Of a stretch of DNA of 64,000 nucleotides, positions 48,198 through 58,496 are shown in pieces; the first letter of the stretch is position 1, and each line of letters begins with the position of its first letter. Below the pieces are notes generated by a model. It searched no databases. It saw nothing but the letters and a program-made list of their open reading frames with translations, and was not told where the DNA came from. Position numbers and translations under genes: made by a program. Origin of the DNA: Candidatus Thorarchaeota archaeon. Lineage in GTDB: Archaea; Asgardarchaeota; Thorarchaeia; Thorarchaeales; Thorarchaeaceae. The stretch is taken from positions 32,001-96,000 of the forward strand of contig JBHLQH010000001.1 of assembly GCA_048884965.1 (NCBI GenBank), in the 5' to 3' direction.

Positions 48198-48253
48198 GGA
48201 AAAGATTTCAGTAAATTTTCATATTCTATGGTCATGACTGAAAGATTTTCAGT
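48198..48253. promoter_or_regulatory. Lrp/FFRP-type binding boxes between glnA and the Lrp gene
   Basis: GGAAA-AGA-TTTCA (48198-48210) and ACTGAAA-GAT-TTTCAGT (48237-48253). Confidence 0.6.
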
Positions 48254-48767
48254 AAAACTCGATAAAATTGATCTTGAGATTATCGATCTTTTACAAGAGA
48301 ATGCCCGGATGAAGATTGGGGATATAGCTGCAAAGGTCAACAAGGGCATCTCAACCGTGCATAATAGAATCAAGGCACTTGAAGAAGCTGGAGTCATAAA
48401 GCAATATACTGCCTTAATCGATGGTGCATCCGTTGGACGTCCAACAATCGCCATGGTTTTGATAACCGTCAGGTATCGAGTGCCCGGAAGAAGAGATGTC
48501 ATATCTCAAAGAGAATTCTGCAAGGAGATAGCAGAACACCCTTTCGTACAATCCGTTCATGTTCTTAGCGGAGAGTTTGATGTTCTTCTCAAAGTACGAA
48601 CTCACGATGTTGAGGAGATGAATAGATTCATCGTGGATTTTCTACGGCAGATGCCTGCAGTCGACAGGACGCTTACGATGTTTGTAATGGATACCTATCT
48701 TGACTCGAATAGAATCCGTTTGAATGCAAAAATACCAAAGGTCAAGAGCGCTCAATCAAAACAATAG
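48228..48767 (+). CDS. Lrp/AsnC family transcriptional regulator
   Basis: LDKIDLEII..LQENAR...IA...STVHNRIKALEEAGVI HTH; SGEFD RAM domain. Confidence 0.93.
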   Translation: MVMTERFSVKLDKIDLEIIDLLQENARMKIGDIAAKVNKGISTVHNRIKALEEAGVIKQYTALIDGASVGRPTIAMVLITVRYRVPGRRDVISQREFCKEIAEHPFVQSVHVLSGEFDVLLKVRTHDVEEMNRFIVDFLRQMPAVDRTLTMFVMDTYLDSNRIRLNAKIPKVKSAQSKQ

Positions 48768-48854
48768 GCATCAATTGGAGTGATATTTTGAGCACATTCA
48801 AACACACGCAGATTCCTTATCTGTTTTCATGATAGGGATAGGTTCGATGTTCAG

Positions 48855-49412
48855 ATGACTGCTCAGATACCTGATGAGTTTCGGTATGAAGGTGAGACTT
48901 ATGATCTGGTTGGCCTTGATGGTTCAGGTCTGTATACTCCCAATGATTTTGGTCTGGAAACCTATTCTAGCTGTACTGCATGCTGGAGAGGCTATATTAT
49001 GCACTATGATTGTGTTGATGATATGCTGATTCTAGATTCAATGGATGCAAACGTGAAGGAGCTTCACGAGGTCAACGGCGTAATGCCTGGTAAGGGTAAG
49101 AATTTCATGAAATACACCTATAATGATCTCCGATTGAAGACCAAGTTTACTGGAACAATGTTACTTGCAAGGAACTTTATTCAGGAGATGTACGTACACA
49201 TGGGCTATCAAAGACCTATGGCATATCGTACCGTCTATGAGCTAACTGTGGTCAATGGTGATATCACGAAAGTGGAGGATCTCTCAGAGCGCATGGAGAG
49301 GATGCGAAAAGAAGATCCAGGTAGAGACGCCCAACCTAGAGACCCAAGTGAGGTCCGCGAATGGATCGAGCGGACCTTCTCCTTGGATTATGAGCCAACT
49401 GATGACAGTTGA
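48855..49412 (+). CDS. Conserved-looking hypothetical protein
   Basis: 185 aa, MTAQIPD...CTACWRGY motif. Confidence 0.8.
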   Translation: MTAQIPDEFRYEGETYDLVGLDGSGLYTPNDFGLETYSSCTACWRGYIMHYDCVDDMLILDSMDANVKELHEVNGVMPGKGKNFMKYTYNDLRLKTKFTGTMLLARNFIQEMYVHMGYQRPMAYRTVYELTVVNGDITKVEDLSERMERMRKEDPGRDAQPRDPSEVREWIERTFSLDYEPTDDS

Positions 49413-49473
49413 AGATTTGTACCCCAAGGATAATATCTAGGATTCCACTCAAATCACCGGGGTCGGAGTCCTA

Positions 49474-51351
49474 ATGCAGTCCTCTTCAATTAAGAAATCC
49501 CTAATCGTCATTGGTTTGATAATCTCGATTGTAGGTTTTGGGGCGCACTTCATTAATCCTGGGAGTAGCTATAGCAAGATTGGAACCCTTGTTTCACCCT
49601 ATGGGACTGCTGCTATTCATGTTGATGCCTATACTACTGGAGGTAACTACGCTTTTAGATTGGATGTCTTGGGACCAGAAATTGGACGCACTCCACAATT
49701 CGAAGTCTTCCTAATAGATTTCAGTCAGTACAGTCTTTATCAGAGCGGTACATCAATAGAGGATTTGGATATACTGTTCAGCTTCAGTAATCAATCTAGA
49801 GGAACCTATACTGATACTGTCACCTTTGTCGATTCCTACCTTGTGATTCTTAGCTATGAGAATAAAACCTATTCGTGGAATGCCTATTACTCATTGACTC
49901 CAGATACGCATTTTCCAACACTACTCATTGGTTTCACTGGACTTCTCGTAATACTGGTGGGGTGCGCAATCTTCTTCGAAGGATGGAAGCGATACTTCTG
50001 TCTAGGTGTCAGCATAAATGTAGTGTTCTTCATAATTCGAACATTCACTTTAGTTAGCTATAGTCTAGGCCTTCCAGATATCTTCAATACAACTTTTCAC
50101 GTGGAGATGTATAACGATTACCAGTACTTCTACTTGTCATGGATTCCCCAGCTCCTCGAAGGATCATATCCCTACGGCGGTGATTTGTACTACTATATCT
50201 ATGGACCTCTCTGGATATACATCGTTTCGATCTTTGGGTATATTCCCTCGTGGCTACCTGGTGTGCCATTATTCATCTTCAATATGGCTACAGGTGCGGT
50301 CGTACAGAAAATAGTCCTGAATCTATCAGGTGATGAAAAGAAATCCATCTTTGCTATGATGATATATCTACTCAATCCTATCACTGTGATATATGGCAGT
50401 TTCATGTGGTTGAATCCAACAATATACACTTTCTTCTGTAGTCTATCATTCCTCTTCGCGTTGGAGGACAAGAACCGATATGCCATCGGAACTTTGGCTA
50501 TTGCAACACTTATGAAGCAGTTCTCAGTCATCTTCTTTCCTTTGTTATCTTTGTACCTGATTAAGAAGTATCAAGCCACTATGAAGGAAGGAATTCGTCA
50601 GTTCTTCGAATACACGATCATTTACACTATGGTTGTGATGATAGGTTCACTCCCCTTCCTAATCATCGATGCTGAAGGCTATTTATTTTGGATGATACTC
50701 GGAAATACTGGATCGGTCGAGAGGTTGATGGTATTCATTCCAGACCTTTGGATGCCCGTTCACTTCAATACCTTCTTCCTCTGGTTGGGAGTACCCGCTT
50801 GGTTCACTGACATCATGGCATGGTTACTAATCTACTATATCCCGTTGATTGTCTGTGCCATTGGTTTGTATGGCGGATACATCTTGTTCAAACCATCCGT
50901 CAACGATACGGATGATTTCAAGCTCAGAAGTAAGCGACTGTTCACACAGCTCATCATATTGGCATTTCTAGCGGTGCTATGTGTCCAGCTATTCTATCCA
51001 AGAGGTTCATACAAGTTCTATCTTCTAACATTGATGCCATTTGCTGCGGTTCTCTATGACATCAAAGATTTCCAATTCTCCTCCAATGATTCATTTAGAT
51101 TTCATCCATTCTATCTTTTCACTCTCGTTATGACCTTTGCAGTCTTCTTCTGGTATCGCTTTGTGTACTTCTGGATACTTGCGCTATGGGGCTTGTTCTA
51201 CATGTACCTTAATCGCAATATGCTGTTGGAACAAGGTGCACTATCCAGCGATAGTGAACATGATGATTATGCATTTTTCATTGAGGAGTCGATAAAGGAA
51301 GAAATCGAAGAGATGGAAGGGTCCTCAACAGATTGTGAAACAGCTTCCTGA
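49474..51351 (+). CDS. Polytopic GT-C superfamily glycosyltransferase (GT87/PIG-M-like) with extra N-terminal extracellular domain
   Basis: First-loop acidic motif YNDYQ, PY.D..Y.YGP, LLNP, KQF; more than 10 TM. Confidence 0.72.
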   Translation: MQSSSIKKSLIVIGLIISIVGFGAHFINPGSSYSKIGTLVSPYGTAAIHVDAYTTGGNYAFRLDVLGPEIGRTPQFEVFLIDFSQYSLYQSGTSIEDLDILFSFSNQSRGTYTDTVTFVDSYLVILSYENKTYSWNAYYSLTPDTHFPTLLIGFTGLLVILVGCAIFFEGWKRYFCLGVSINVVFFIIRTFTLVSYSLGLPDIFNTTFHVEMYNDYQYFYLSWIPQLLEGSYPYGGDLYYYIYGPLWIYIVSIFGYIPSWLPGVPLFIFNMATGAVVQKIVLNLSGDEKKSIFAMMIYLLNPITVIYGSFMWLNPTIYTFFCSLSFLFALEDKNRYAIGTLAIATLMKQFSVIFFPLLSLYLIKKYQATMKEGIRQFFEYTIIYTMVVMIGSLPFLIIDAEGYLFWMILGNTGSVERLMVFIPDLWMPVHFNTFFLWLGVPAWFTDIMAWLLIYYIPLIVCAIGLYGGYILFKPSVNDTDDFKLRSKRLFTQLIILAFLAVLCVQLFYPRGSYKFYLLTLMPFAAVLYDIKDFQFSSNDSFRFHPFYLFTLVMTFAVFFWYRFVYFWILALWGLFYMYLNRNMLLEQGALSSDSEHDDYAFFIEESIKEEIEEMEGSSTDCETAS

Positions 51352-51393
51352 TTCCATTCATTATTTATGGACACATGAGCTGGATATGACTCA

Positions 51394-54300
51394 GTGGTTG
51401 AGAATATGACAGTGAAGAAGCAGGAGCGTCCTGATTTCGACGAGCGTCAAGCAAGAACGATCGCCAATGATCTTTTTGGCATCACTGGATCGTTCAGCGA
51501 GCTTCCAAGTGAGAGGGACCGAAATTTCCTCATCTATATCGATGCCACGCCAAGATATATCCTTAAGATATCTGCGGCCTTTGACACACTAGGAATTATC
51601 GATTTTCAGAACAAAGCAATTGCATACATTCTGGCAAAGAATCCCGATTTCTCAGCTCCTCTTGTAGTTCCGTCACTCGATGGTGACCTTATCTCCACTG
51701 TTGACGACTCTGCTGGTATTCCGCACTACGTTCGCCTGCTCACCTATGTTCAAGGGCGGGTCTTTGCAAAAGCCAATCCTCACACTGATGATCTTCTATT
51801 TGACTATGGTAGATTCCTTGGTTCCCTAACATTCGCTCTCGATGGATTCGACCATCCTGAAACGCACCGTGACTTTGTCTGGGACCTGAAGAACGCACCT
51901 AGAATCGTCGCAGAAAGAAGAGAACTAGTGCATGACAGAGAACGAAAGCATATCGTAGATCAGATATACTCCCTCTTCGACTCGGAAGTTGTCCCTCACT
52001 TCAGATACCTACGAACAAGCGTTGCCCACAATGATGCAAATGACTACAATGTGCTTGTTGACAATCATTGGTCCAATGAGACAAGAAGATTCGGAATTAT
52101 TGACTTTGGTGACATGATCCACACTGTTACTATTTCTGATTTGGCAATTGGTATTGCCTATGCAGTTCTCGATAAGCAAGATCCCCTTTCTACAGCCATG
52201 AGAATAGTTGCAGGATATCATAGTATCTATCCTCTCACTGAGGATGAACTACAAGTCCTGTTTCCCATGGTCTGTATGCGGCTCACTACTAGCGTCTGTA
52301 TGTCAGCATACCAGATCACTCTAGAGCCTGAGAATGAATATCTTCGAGTATCAGAAGCCCCAGCTTGGAGGGCTCTCGATAAACTAAAGGATATCCATCC
52401 TCGCCTTGCATGGTATGCATTCAGAAGTGCCTGTGGATTGTCACCACATCCTAAAGGTGATCAATTGCTTCATTGGCTCGAGCAGAATCAACGATCCTTC
52501 TCACGAATGCTTGATACTAACTGGAACAATAGTGTGATAATAGATCAAAGTGTAGGTAGCCTTGACTATGGAAATCCCATTGAGGTAGAAGATTTCAACA
52601 GATTCTCAGAGTGGATACAAGCCAAGATGAGAAAGAAGAATGCAGCTATCGGAATAGGTCGATATGATGAAGCACGACTGATACAGACTGGTCTCTCAAA
52701 GCTAGGTTTGGAGCCGCGAAGCATACACTTGGGAATTGACATATTTACAGCAAGTGGTTCTCCAGTGTATGCACCGTTGGATGGAACAGTCCATACACTT
52801 CGAAACAACGATATGCTTCCTGACTTCGGACCAACCATCATACTGCTACATAAGATCGATGCAGAGACTGAGTTCTACACACTCTATGGACATTTATCAG
52901 TCGATTCGATTGAACATTTGATTCCCGGTCAGATTGTAAGGCAGGGTGAATCACTTGGTCGGATTGGCGAGTATCCTGAGAATGGAGGTTGGCCTCCTCA
53001 TTTACATTTTCAGATAATCTTGGATATGTTAGACTTTACAGGGGACTACTATGGTTCTTGTTCTCCAAACCAAAGACCTCTTTGGCTCGGACTCTGTCCA
53101 GATCCCAATCTTATCATGGGAATACCCTCCAGTAAATTACCCGAGCCGCTCCTTACGAAGGATAAGATAATTGACATTCGCCACGAGCACTTTGGTAAGA
53201 ATCTAAGCTTATCCTATGATAAACCCTTGAAGATAGTCCGAGGATTCATGCAGTACCTCTATGATGACGATGGTCGCACCTACCTTGATGTAGTCAATAA
53301 TGTTCCCTCGGTTGGACATTCCCATCCACGAGTCGTAGAAGCATTGCAGGATCAAGCAAAGGTCCTTTGCACGAACACTCGATACCTACATGACAATCTT
53401 GCCAGATATGTTGAAGCGCTCTGTGCGAAATTCCCTGCACCTCTAAGCGTGTGCTTCCTTGTAAACAGCGGAAGTGAAGCGAATGAGTTGGCCATTCGAC
53501 TGGCAAAGGCACATACAAAGCGTGACGGGTTCATCGTTCTTGAAGGAGGGTATCATGGCAACACTGAAACTCTTGTTGAACTCAGTCACTACAAGCACAG
53601 TGGTCCTGGAGGGCTTGGTACTCCCACTAATGTGGAAGTCGTATCGAATGCAGACATGTATCGGAGTCCATATGGATCTGATAAGGCTGCAGGCAATATG
53701 CACGCTGAAGATGTGGGAAAGGGTATCAAGCGACTTGGAGAGAAAAAACATCCAATTGCTGCCTTCTTGTGCGAACCTGTTATGAGTTGCGGAGGACAAA
53801 TTGTATTCCCTCCTGGCTATCTCGAATCTGTCTATAAGATTGTTCGAGATGCAGGAGGCGTATGCATTGCTGATGAAGTACAGATTGGATTCGGACGAAT
53901 GGGTACTCATTTCTGGGGATTCGAAACTCAGAATGTGATTCCTGATATTGTCACACTTGGAAAACCTATTGGTAATGGTCACCCGATCGGAGCTGTAGTC
54001 ACAACACCAGAAATTGCAGCATCCTTTGCAACAGGAATGGAGTTCTTCAGTACCACAGGGGGTAACACGGTTTCATGTCATGTTGGTCTTGCTGTCCTCG
54101 AAATCATAGAGGATGAAAGACTGCAAGAATACGCATTAGATGTGGGGACATATTTCAAAGAGAGTCTAATCAAGTTGAAAGAGCGACATCAATTAATCGG
54201 TGATGTTAGAGGGTATGGACTCTTTCTGGGTGTCGAGCTAGTTCGACCTGGTGATGAGCTGCCTCCTGCAAGAGAGGAATCCTATTACATTGTGAACAGA

Positions 54301-54456
54301 ATGAAGCAAATGGGAGTATTGCTTAGTGTTGATGGCCCCCTCCACAATGTTCTGAAGATCAAACCTCCACTATGTTTCACTAAAGAGAATGTGGATGAAG
54401 TTATTTCCAAACTCGACATCGTATTGAGTGAGGACTTTCCAAGACAATCACTTTGA
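51394..54456 (+). CDS. Fusion: phosphotransferase (APH/choline-kinase-like) + M23 peptidase-like + class III PLP aminotransferase/phospho-lyase
   Basis: HNDANDYN...DFGD; HLGID...YGH...PHLHF; NSGSEAN, DEVQIGFGR, TLGKPIG. Confidence 0.9.
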   Translation: MVENMTVKKQERPDFDERQARTIANDLFGITGSFSELPSERDRNFLIYIDATPRYILKISAAFDTLGIIDFQNKAIAYILAKNPDFSAPLVVPSLDGDLISTVDDSAGIPHYVRLLTYVQGRVFAKANPHTDDLLFDYGRFLGSLTFALDGFDHPETHRDFVWDLKNAPRIVAERRELVHDRERKHIVDQIYSLFDSEVVPHFRYLRTSVAHNDANDYNVLVDNHWSNETRRFGIIDFGDMIHTVTISDLAIGIAYAVLDKQDPLSTAMRIVAGYHSIYPLTEDELQVLFPMVCMRLTTSVCMSAYQITLEPENEYLRVSEAPAWRALDKLKDIHPRLAWYAFRSACGLSPHPKGDQLLHWLEQNQRSFSRMLDTNWNNSVIIDQSVGSLDYGNPIEVEDFNRFSEWIQAKMRKKNAAIGIGRYDEARLIQTGLSKLGLEPRSIHLGIDIFTASGSPVYAPLDGTVHTLRNNDMLPDFGPTIILLHKIDAETEFYTLYGHLSVDSIEHLIPGQIVRQGESLGRIGEYPENGGWPPHLHFQIILDMLDFTGDYYGSCSPNQRPLWLGLCPDPNLIMGIPSSKLPEPLLTKDKIIDIRHEHFGKNLSLSYDKPLKIVRGFMQYLYDDDGRTYLDVVNNVPSVGHSHPRVVEALQDQAKVLCTNTRYLHDNLARYVEALCAKFPAPLSVCFLVNSGSEANELAIRLAKAHTKRDGFIVLEGGYHGNTETLVELSHYKHSGPGGLGTPTNVEVVSNADMYRSPYGSDKAAGNMHAEDVGKGIKRLGEKKHPIAAFLCEPVMSCGGQIVFPPGYLESVYKIVRDAGGVCIADEVQIGFGRMGTHFWGFETQNVIPDIVTLGKPIGNGHPIGAVVTTPEIAASFATGMEFFSTTGGNTVSCHVGLAVLEIIEDERLQEYALDVGTYFKESLIKLKERHQLIGDVRGYGLFLGVELVRPGDELPPAREESYYIVNRMKQMGVLLSVDGPLHNVLKIKPPLCFTKENVDEVISKLDIVLSEDFPRQSL

Positions 54457-54467
54457 ACGAACAGATG

Positions 54468-54500
54468 GAGTGAATGTACAAGCCATTCACTCACATTTTT
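54468..54500. terminator. Hairpin plus T-run between convergent genes
   Basis: GAGTGAATG/CATTCACTC (54468-54492), then ACATTTTT. Confidence 0.6.
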
Positions 54501-55964
54501 CTACTCGATTTCTTCAGGTGTTCCCTCTATGATTTCAACTTGCTCTCCTGGATAATCTTGAGGTGTACTGACAGATGTCGGAATCGGATAGTTGAATGAC
54601 TTTCTGATTAATATCACCCCAAATAGTGATATCGCTGAGAGGATCAAAAACGTCGTTGGAAATCCAATATTGGATAGCATCTCTCCACTTGCTAACATGA
54701 GTGGTATAGATGTGATCATTATTAGAGTTGGCTGAAGTGAATATACACTGTTTCTAATTTTATTGGGAATGACATCAATCAATACTCTTTGTGTCAATAT
54801 GCCACCAAAGGTGCCCATTAGAAATCCAAATACAAAGAGGATGAATACTACAACTAGAGCTGGTATTGATTCTACAGGCACTTCTAGTAAAACGAAGCTT
54901 GATCCTGGCCAGGTCAATTGGAGCAGGTTTGTCGCATCGAGTGGTGGTGGAAGAAGAATGAGTAGTCCAGCCATAATCAGTAGGGGAAAAGTACTTCCTA
55001 TCTGAAGCAAACGAAATCGAGGAATCCATTTGCTTGGCTCGAATTTCATTGCCCATATCCCCGAACGGTCTTGTAGGGGTACCTGTGGGACATACATGAA
55101 CGTTCGAAACGAGGCTGTTGCGATATCTGAAATGAGATATAGGTAGTAGAATGGAAATAGAATAAGCGAACCATATACCATACCTACAGCTGCCATGAGA
55201 ATTTGACCTGCCATTATATAGATGATGAATGAATCTGATATCATAAATCTGGCACCCTCTCTTAGCAGGGCGATGTAATTTCCTTCATCTCTGCTTTCCT
55301 GACGCTTCTCTTGCACTTCTGGGAGATCATTCAGAAACCGAAGAACAATGATTGCTAAGATGATGTATGCTACGGCCTGCAGCTGGAACACCCAAGTTCT
55401 GCCTAATGTATAGGCCAGCCAGCTCCCTGGGATCAATACAATGGTATTGGCTAGTCCAAAGAGCATTCCTAGCTTTCCTTGAAACACACCATACTGTTTC
55501 CTACCTTCATCATTTGGATAAGCTTCTCGAAAGTTGGTATCGAACCATGCATCCCATGCACCACTTTCTTGGGAAAGCGCAATACCGAACAAGGCATAGA
55601 TTGCAACGAAAATGGGATACGGTGACATTGGCGTTACTGCTGACGAAAGCCAGAACATGAGGGCATAGCAAAACATTGCAGAAGCAATCACATACTTCTG
55701 CCCTATGTGATCACCCAAAGCTCCTGTAGGATAATCCAAGAGTGTTTGCAGCCCAAGCTGAATGACCACCAATATACCTACTTTGGCGAGACCTGCAACA
55801 TAATCCCCACCACCAAGCTGCTCAGCAATGAAGATTAGCCAAAAGGTGGTGCTAATTGAGAATGTCATTGCATAGGTTGGATTTAGAACTGCGAGGATTT
55901 TTGCAAACCTGATTGCTCTCGTAGGTGCCTCTTCCAATCCGAAGAATCTAGCGAACCTTGACAT
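54501..55964 (-). CDS. MFS transporter
   Basis: DYPTGALGD.IG, SGAWDAW motifs, about 12 TM; likely ATG start at 55964. Confidence 0.85.
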   Translation of the reverse strand: MSRFARFFGLEEAPTRAIRFAKILAVLNPTYAMTFSISTTFWLIFIAEQLGGGDYVAGLAKVGILVVIQLGLQTLLDYPTGALGDHIGQKYVIASAMFCYALMFWLSSAVTPMSPYPIFVAIYALFGIALSQESGAWDAWFDTNFREAYPNDEGRKQYGVFQGKLGMLFGLANTIVLIPGSWLAYTLGRTWVFQLQAVAYIILAIIVLRFLNDLPEVQEKRQESRDEGNYIALLREGARFMISDSFIIYIMAGQILMAAVGMVYGSLILFPFYYLYLISDIATASFRTFMYVPQVPLQDRSGIWAMKFEPSKWIPRFRLLQIGSTFPLLIMAGLLILLPPPLDATNLLQLTWPGSSFVLLEVPVESIPALVVVFILFVFGFLMGTFGGILTQRVLIDVIPNKIRNSVYSLQPTLIMITSIPLMLASGEMLSNIGFPTTFLILSAISLFGVILIRKSFNYPIPTSVSTPQDYPGEQVEIIEGTPEEIE

Positions 55965-56108
55965 TATAATCACATACCAGCGAGGTACGATGGATATAAG
56001 TTTGCTTAACAAAGCATACATGATACATACCTTTGTATAACTTACCTTATTGCAAACATACATATACAAGAGTTCCATGGAGATATTTAGATATCAGAGG
56101 GACTATTG

Positions 56109-57617
56109 ATGGAATCGTACACGAAACTTATGGAACGCGTAAAAGAAATCACACTAATTGGAACCGCAACAGGTTTTCTTAACTGGGATATGCTCACATA
56201 CATGCCTCCTCGTGGAGCCCAACTTCGAGGTGAGCAGTTGGGTGCTATGACAAGGATTATTCAGAGAATGCAAACCTCCCCTGAATACGCTGATCTACTG
56301 TTGAGGTCTGAGAAAGAAGTCGACGATTCCAACGCACTAGAATCGAGAAACCTCAAGATTCTACGAAAGAATTACGAAGTTGCCAGATCACTTCCTGAAG
56401 ATTTGGTAGCTGAAATCGCGAAGCAAAGAGCGATATCAAATCAAGCATGGGGAAAAGCTAGGTCGGAATCTAAGTGGAAGATATTTGAACCCGAACTTGA
56501 AAAAACGTTTGAGCTTTCAAAGAAAGCAGCAGAGCTCACTATGGATGCGAAAGGCGCATCAACTCTATATGATAGTCTTCTTGATGATTTCGAACCTGGG
56601 ATGAACTCGGAACAAGTTGCTTCTGCATTTAGTGAACTTAGGAAGGGCTTAGTACCTTTGGTGCGAGACCTGACAGAGAAGTGCTCCAAGTTGGAAAGGT
56701 CCAAGATTTCGAAGTCGATTCCGAAGGAGATTCAAAAGAAGGTTGTACTAGATGTGGCTGATACTATTGGCTTTGACACAACCTCTGCAACATCGGGGGC
56801 AAGAATTGATGAAGCCGCCCATCCGTTCACCATGGGTTACTTTGATGATCTACGCATAACAACGAGATATATTGAAGATAATCCCCTAGCTGCAGTTGCT
56901 GCTCTCATGCATGAAGCAGGACATGGGATATATGAGCAATCCTTCAATCCTGATTGGATGTTCCAACCAATTGGCACAATGGCGAGTCTAGGTATTCATG
57001 AATCAATCTCTCGATTCTATGAGAATATGGTGGGGCGCTCGAAAGAATTCTGGACATACTATCTACCACGCTTTAACGACCTTACAGATGGAGCATTCAG
57101 AGATATCTCGATTGATGAATTGATGCCTCTTATCAATAATGTTGGACCCTCAAAGATTCGCGTCGAAGCAGATGAGGTCACCTATTCGCTTCATGTCATC
57201 ATCCGGTTTGAAATCGAACAAGCTCTCTTCAATGGTGAAATCGAAATCAAGGAGCTTCCTCTAATCTGGAATGAGAAGTATTCAGAGTACTTGGGAGTTA
57301 ACATAGAGACTGATGCAGAGGGAGTACTTCAAGACTCACATTGGTCCGCAGGAATGTTTGGATATTTTCCAACCTATGCTCTTGGTAATTTATACAATGG
57401 GATGTGGTATCACAAGATGTCCCAAGACCGACCAAGTTGGAAACAGGATTTGCAGGAAGGCATCATAGATACTGCGTACTCATGGCTCAAAGAGAATGTC
57501 ATGTATAAGGCCAATCTTTACGATCCCAGTGACTTGGTATACGATGTTACGGGGCAAAAACTGACAGGAAAACCCTTCTTGAATTATCTTGAGGATAAAT
57601 ATTCGGCCATATTTTGA
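56109..57617 (+). CDS. Carboxypeptidase M32 (Taq family)
   Basis: HPF, HEAGH (HExxH), HESIS, IRVEADE, QDSHW, GYFPTYALG. Confidence 0.95.
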   Translation: MESYTKLMERVKEITLIGTATGFLNWDMLTYMPPRGAQLRGEQLGAMTRIIQRMQTSPEYADLLLRSEKEVDDSNALESRNLKILRKNYEVARSLPEDLVAEIAKQRAISNQAWGKARSESKWKIFEPELEKTFELSKKAAELTMDAKGASTLYDSLLDDFEPGMNSEQVASAFSELRKGLVPLVRDLTEKCSKLERSKISKSIPKEIQKKVVLDVADTIGFDTTSATSGARIDEAAHPFTMGYFDDLRITTRYIEDNPLAAVAALMHEAGHGIYEQSFNPDWMFQPIGTMASLGIHESISRFYENMVGRSKEFWTYYLPRFNDLTDGAFRDISIDELMPLINNVGPSKIRVEADEVTYSLHVIIRFEIEQALFNGEIEIKELPLIWNEKYSEYLGVNIETDAEGVLQDSHWSAGMFGYFPTYALGNLYNGMWYHKMSQDRPSWKQDLQEGIIDTAYSWLKENVMYKANLYDPSDLVYDVTGQKLTGKPFLNYLEDKYSAIF

Positions 57618-57670
57618 GCAAATCGTTTAAGATAGGATAGACCCAAAGAGGATAGTGGATTCTTGAAGAA

Positions 57671-58417
57671 GTGATGTACTCAATGACTAGCGAGCTTCCT
57701 GACACTCTTAGAGGTATCAACCTGACCAAGGAAGGAAAGAAGCCTATGGAGAAAACTATTCGTATCTCCAATCCTCAGAAGGCTGACGTTATCGCTGAAG
57801 CTGCTAGAGGTACTATCCTTCGTATACTACGTGCAGGAATCGAAGACACCCTCACTGAAGAGCATGTTGACCCCTCTACCAAAACACGGACCATCATCCA
57901 GAAACAAGTGATTCGAGATGCTCTATCTGTGTCCGAGATTGTCAAAATATCAAAGACTTTCGAAGAAGGAAAGAATCCCCTGACCAAGAGTCAAGTCTAT
58001 CATCATCTTCCAATATTGATTGAGTATAGCTATGTTGTGCACTATGGATCTGTAAGCACAGGCAAGAGGAGTACGGACTACTATCGGAGAACTGCAAATC
58101 TTTTCATCTTTGAATCATTTCCTAGAGATGATTGGAAGAAATTTGAGGAAACGCTTACTCGAATAATCGACGAGACAATAGAAGTCTTTGGTTTTAATGT
58201 GACTGGTTCTGAGAGGAGGGAACTCATACAACTAGCAATGAAGACATCTGAGATAGAGCATGAATCATATCAGCGAGTGATTCCCCTCGCCCAGGGTGAC
58301 ATTGCAAATCCGGATTTCGAAAGCCTACTTCGAGCAGTTATTGCCACAGATGCTTCTGGATCTGATGAATGGGTCAATGCTAGAAGACGAATGAGGGAGA
58401 TTTTCTTCAAGAAATAA
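57671..58417 (+). CDS. Winged-helix (ArsR-like) transcriptional regulator
   Basis: ARGTILRIL...LSVSEIV...SQVYHHLPIL...YYRRTA; start may be ATG 57683. Confidence 0.75.
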   Translation: MMYSMTSELPDTLRGINLTKEGKKPMEKTIRISNPQKADVIAEAARGTILRILRAGIEDTLTEEHVDPSTKTRTIIQKQVIRDALSVSEIVKISKTFEEGKNPLTKSQVYHHLPILIEYSYVVHYGSVSTGKRSTDYYRRTANLFIFESFPRDDWKKFEETLTRIIDETIEVFGFNVTGSERRELIQLAMKTSEIEHESYQRVIPLAQGDIANPDFESLLRAVIATDASGSDEWVNARRRMREIFFKK

Positions 58418-58456
58418 TATCTCATTTTGTCTAGATTATCTGAGGAATAGTACAGA

Positions 58457-58474
58457 CGGGAGCAAAGGCTCCCG
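58457..58474. terminator. Hairpin between convergent genes
   Basis: CGGGAGC-AAAG-GCTCCCG. Confidence 0.55.
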
Positions 58475-58496
58475 CCATCGTTTCAGAACTACTATA

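Noticed and set aside
55965-56078. N-terminal extension of the MFS ORF
   Set aside because: AT-rich promoter-like sequence; ATG 55964 fits better.
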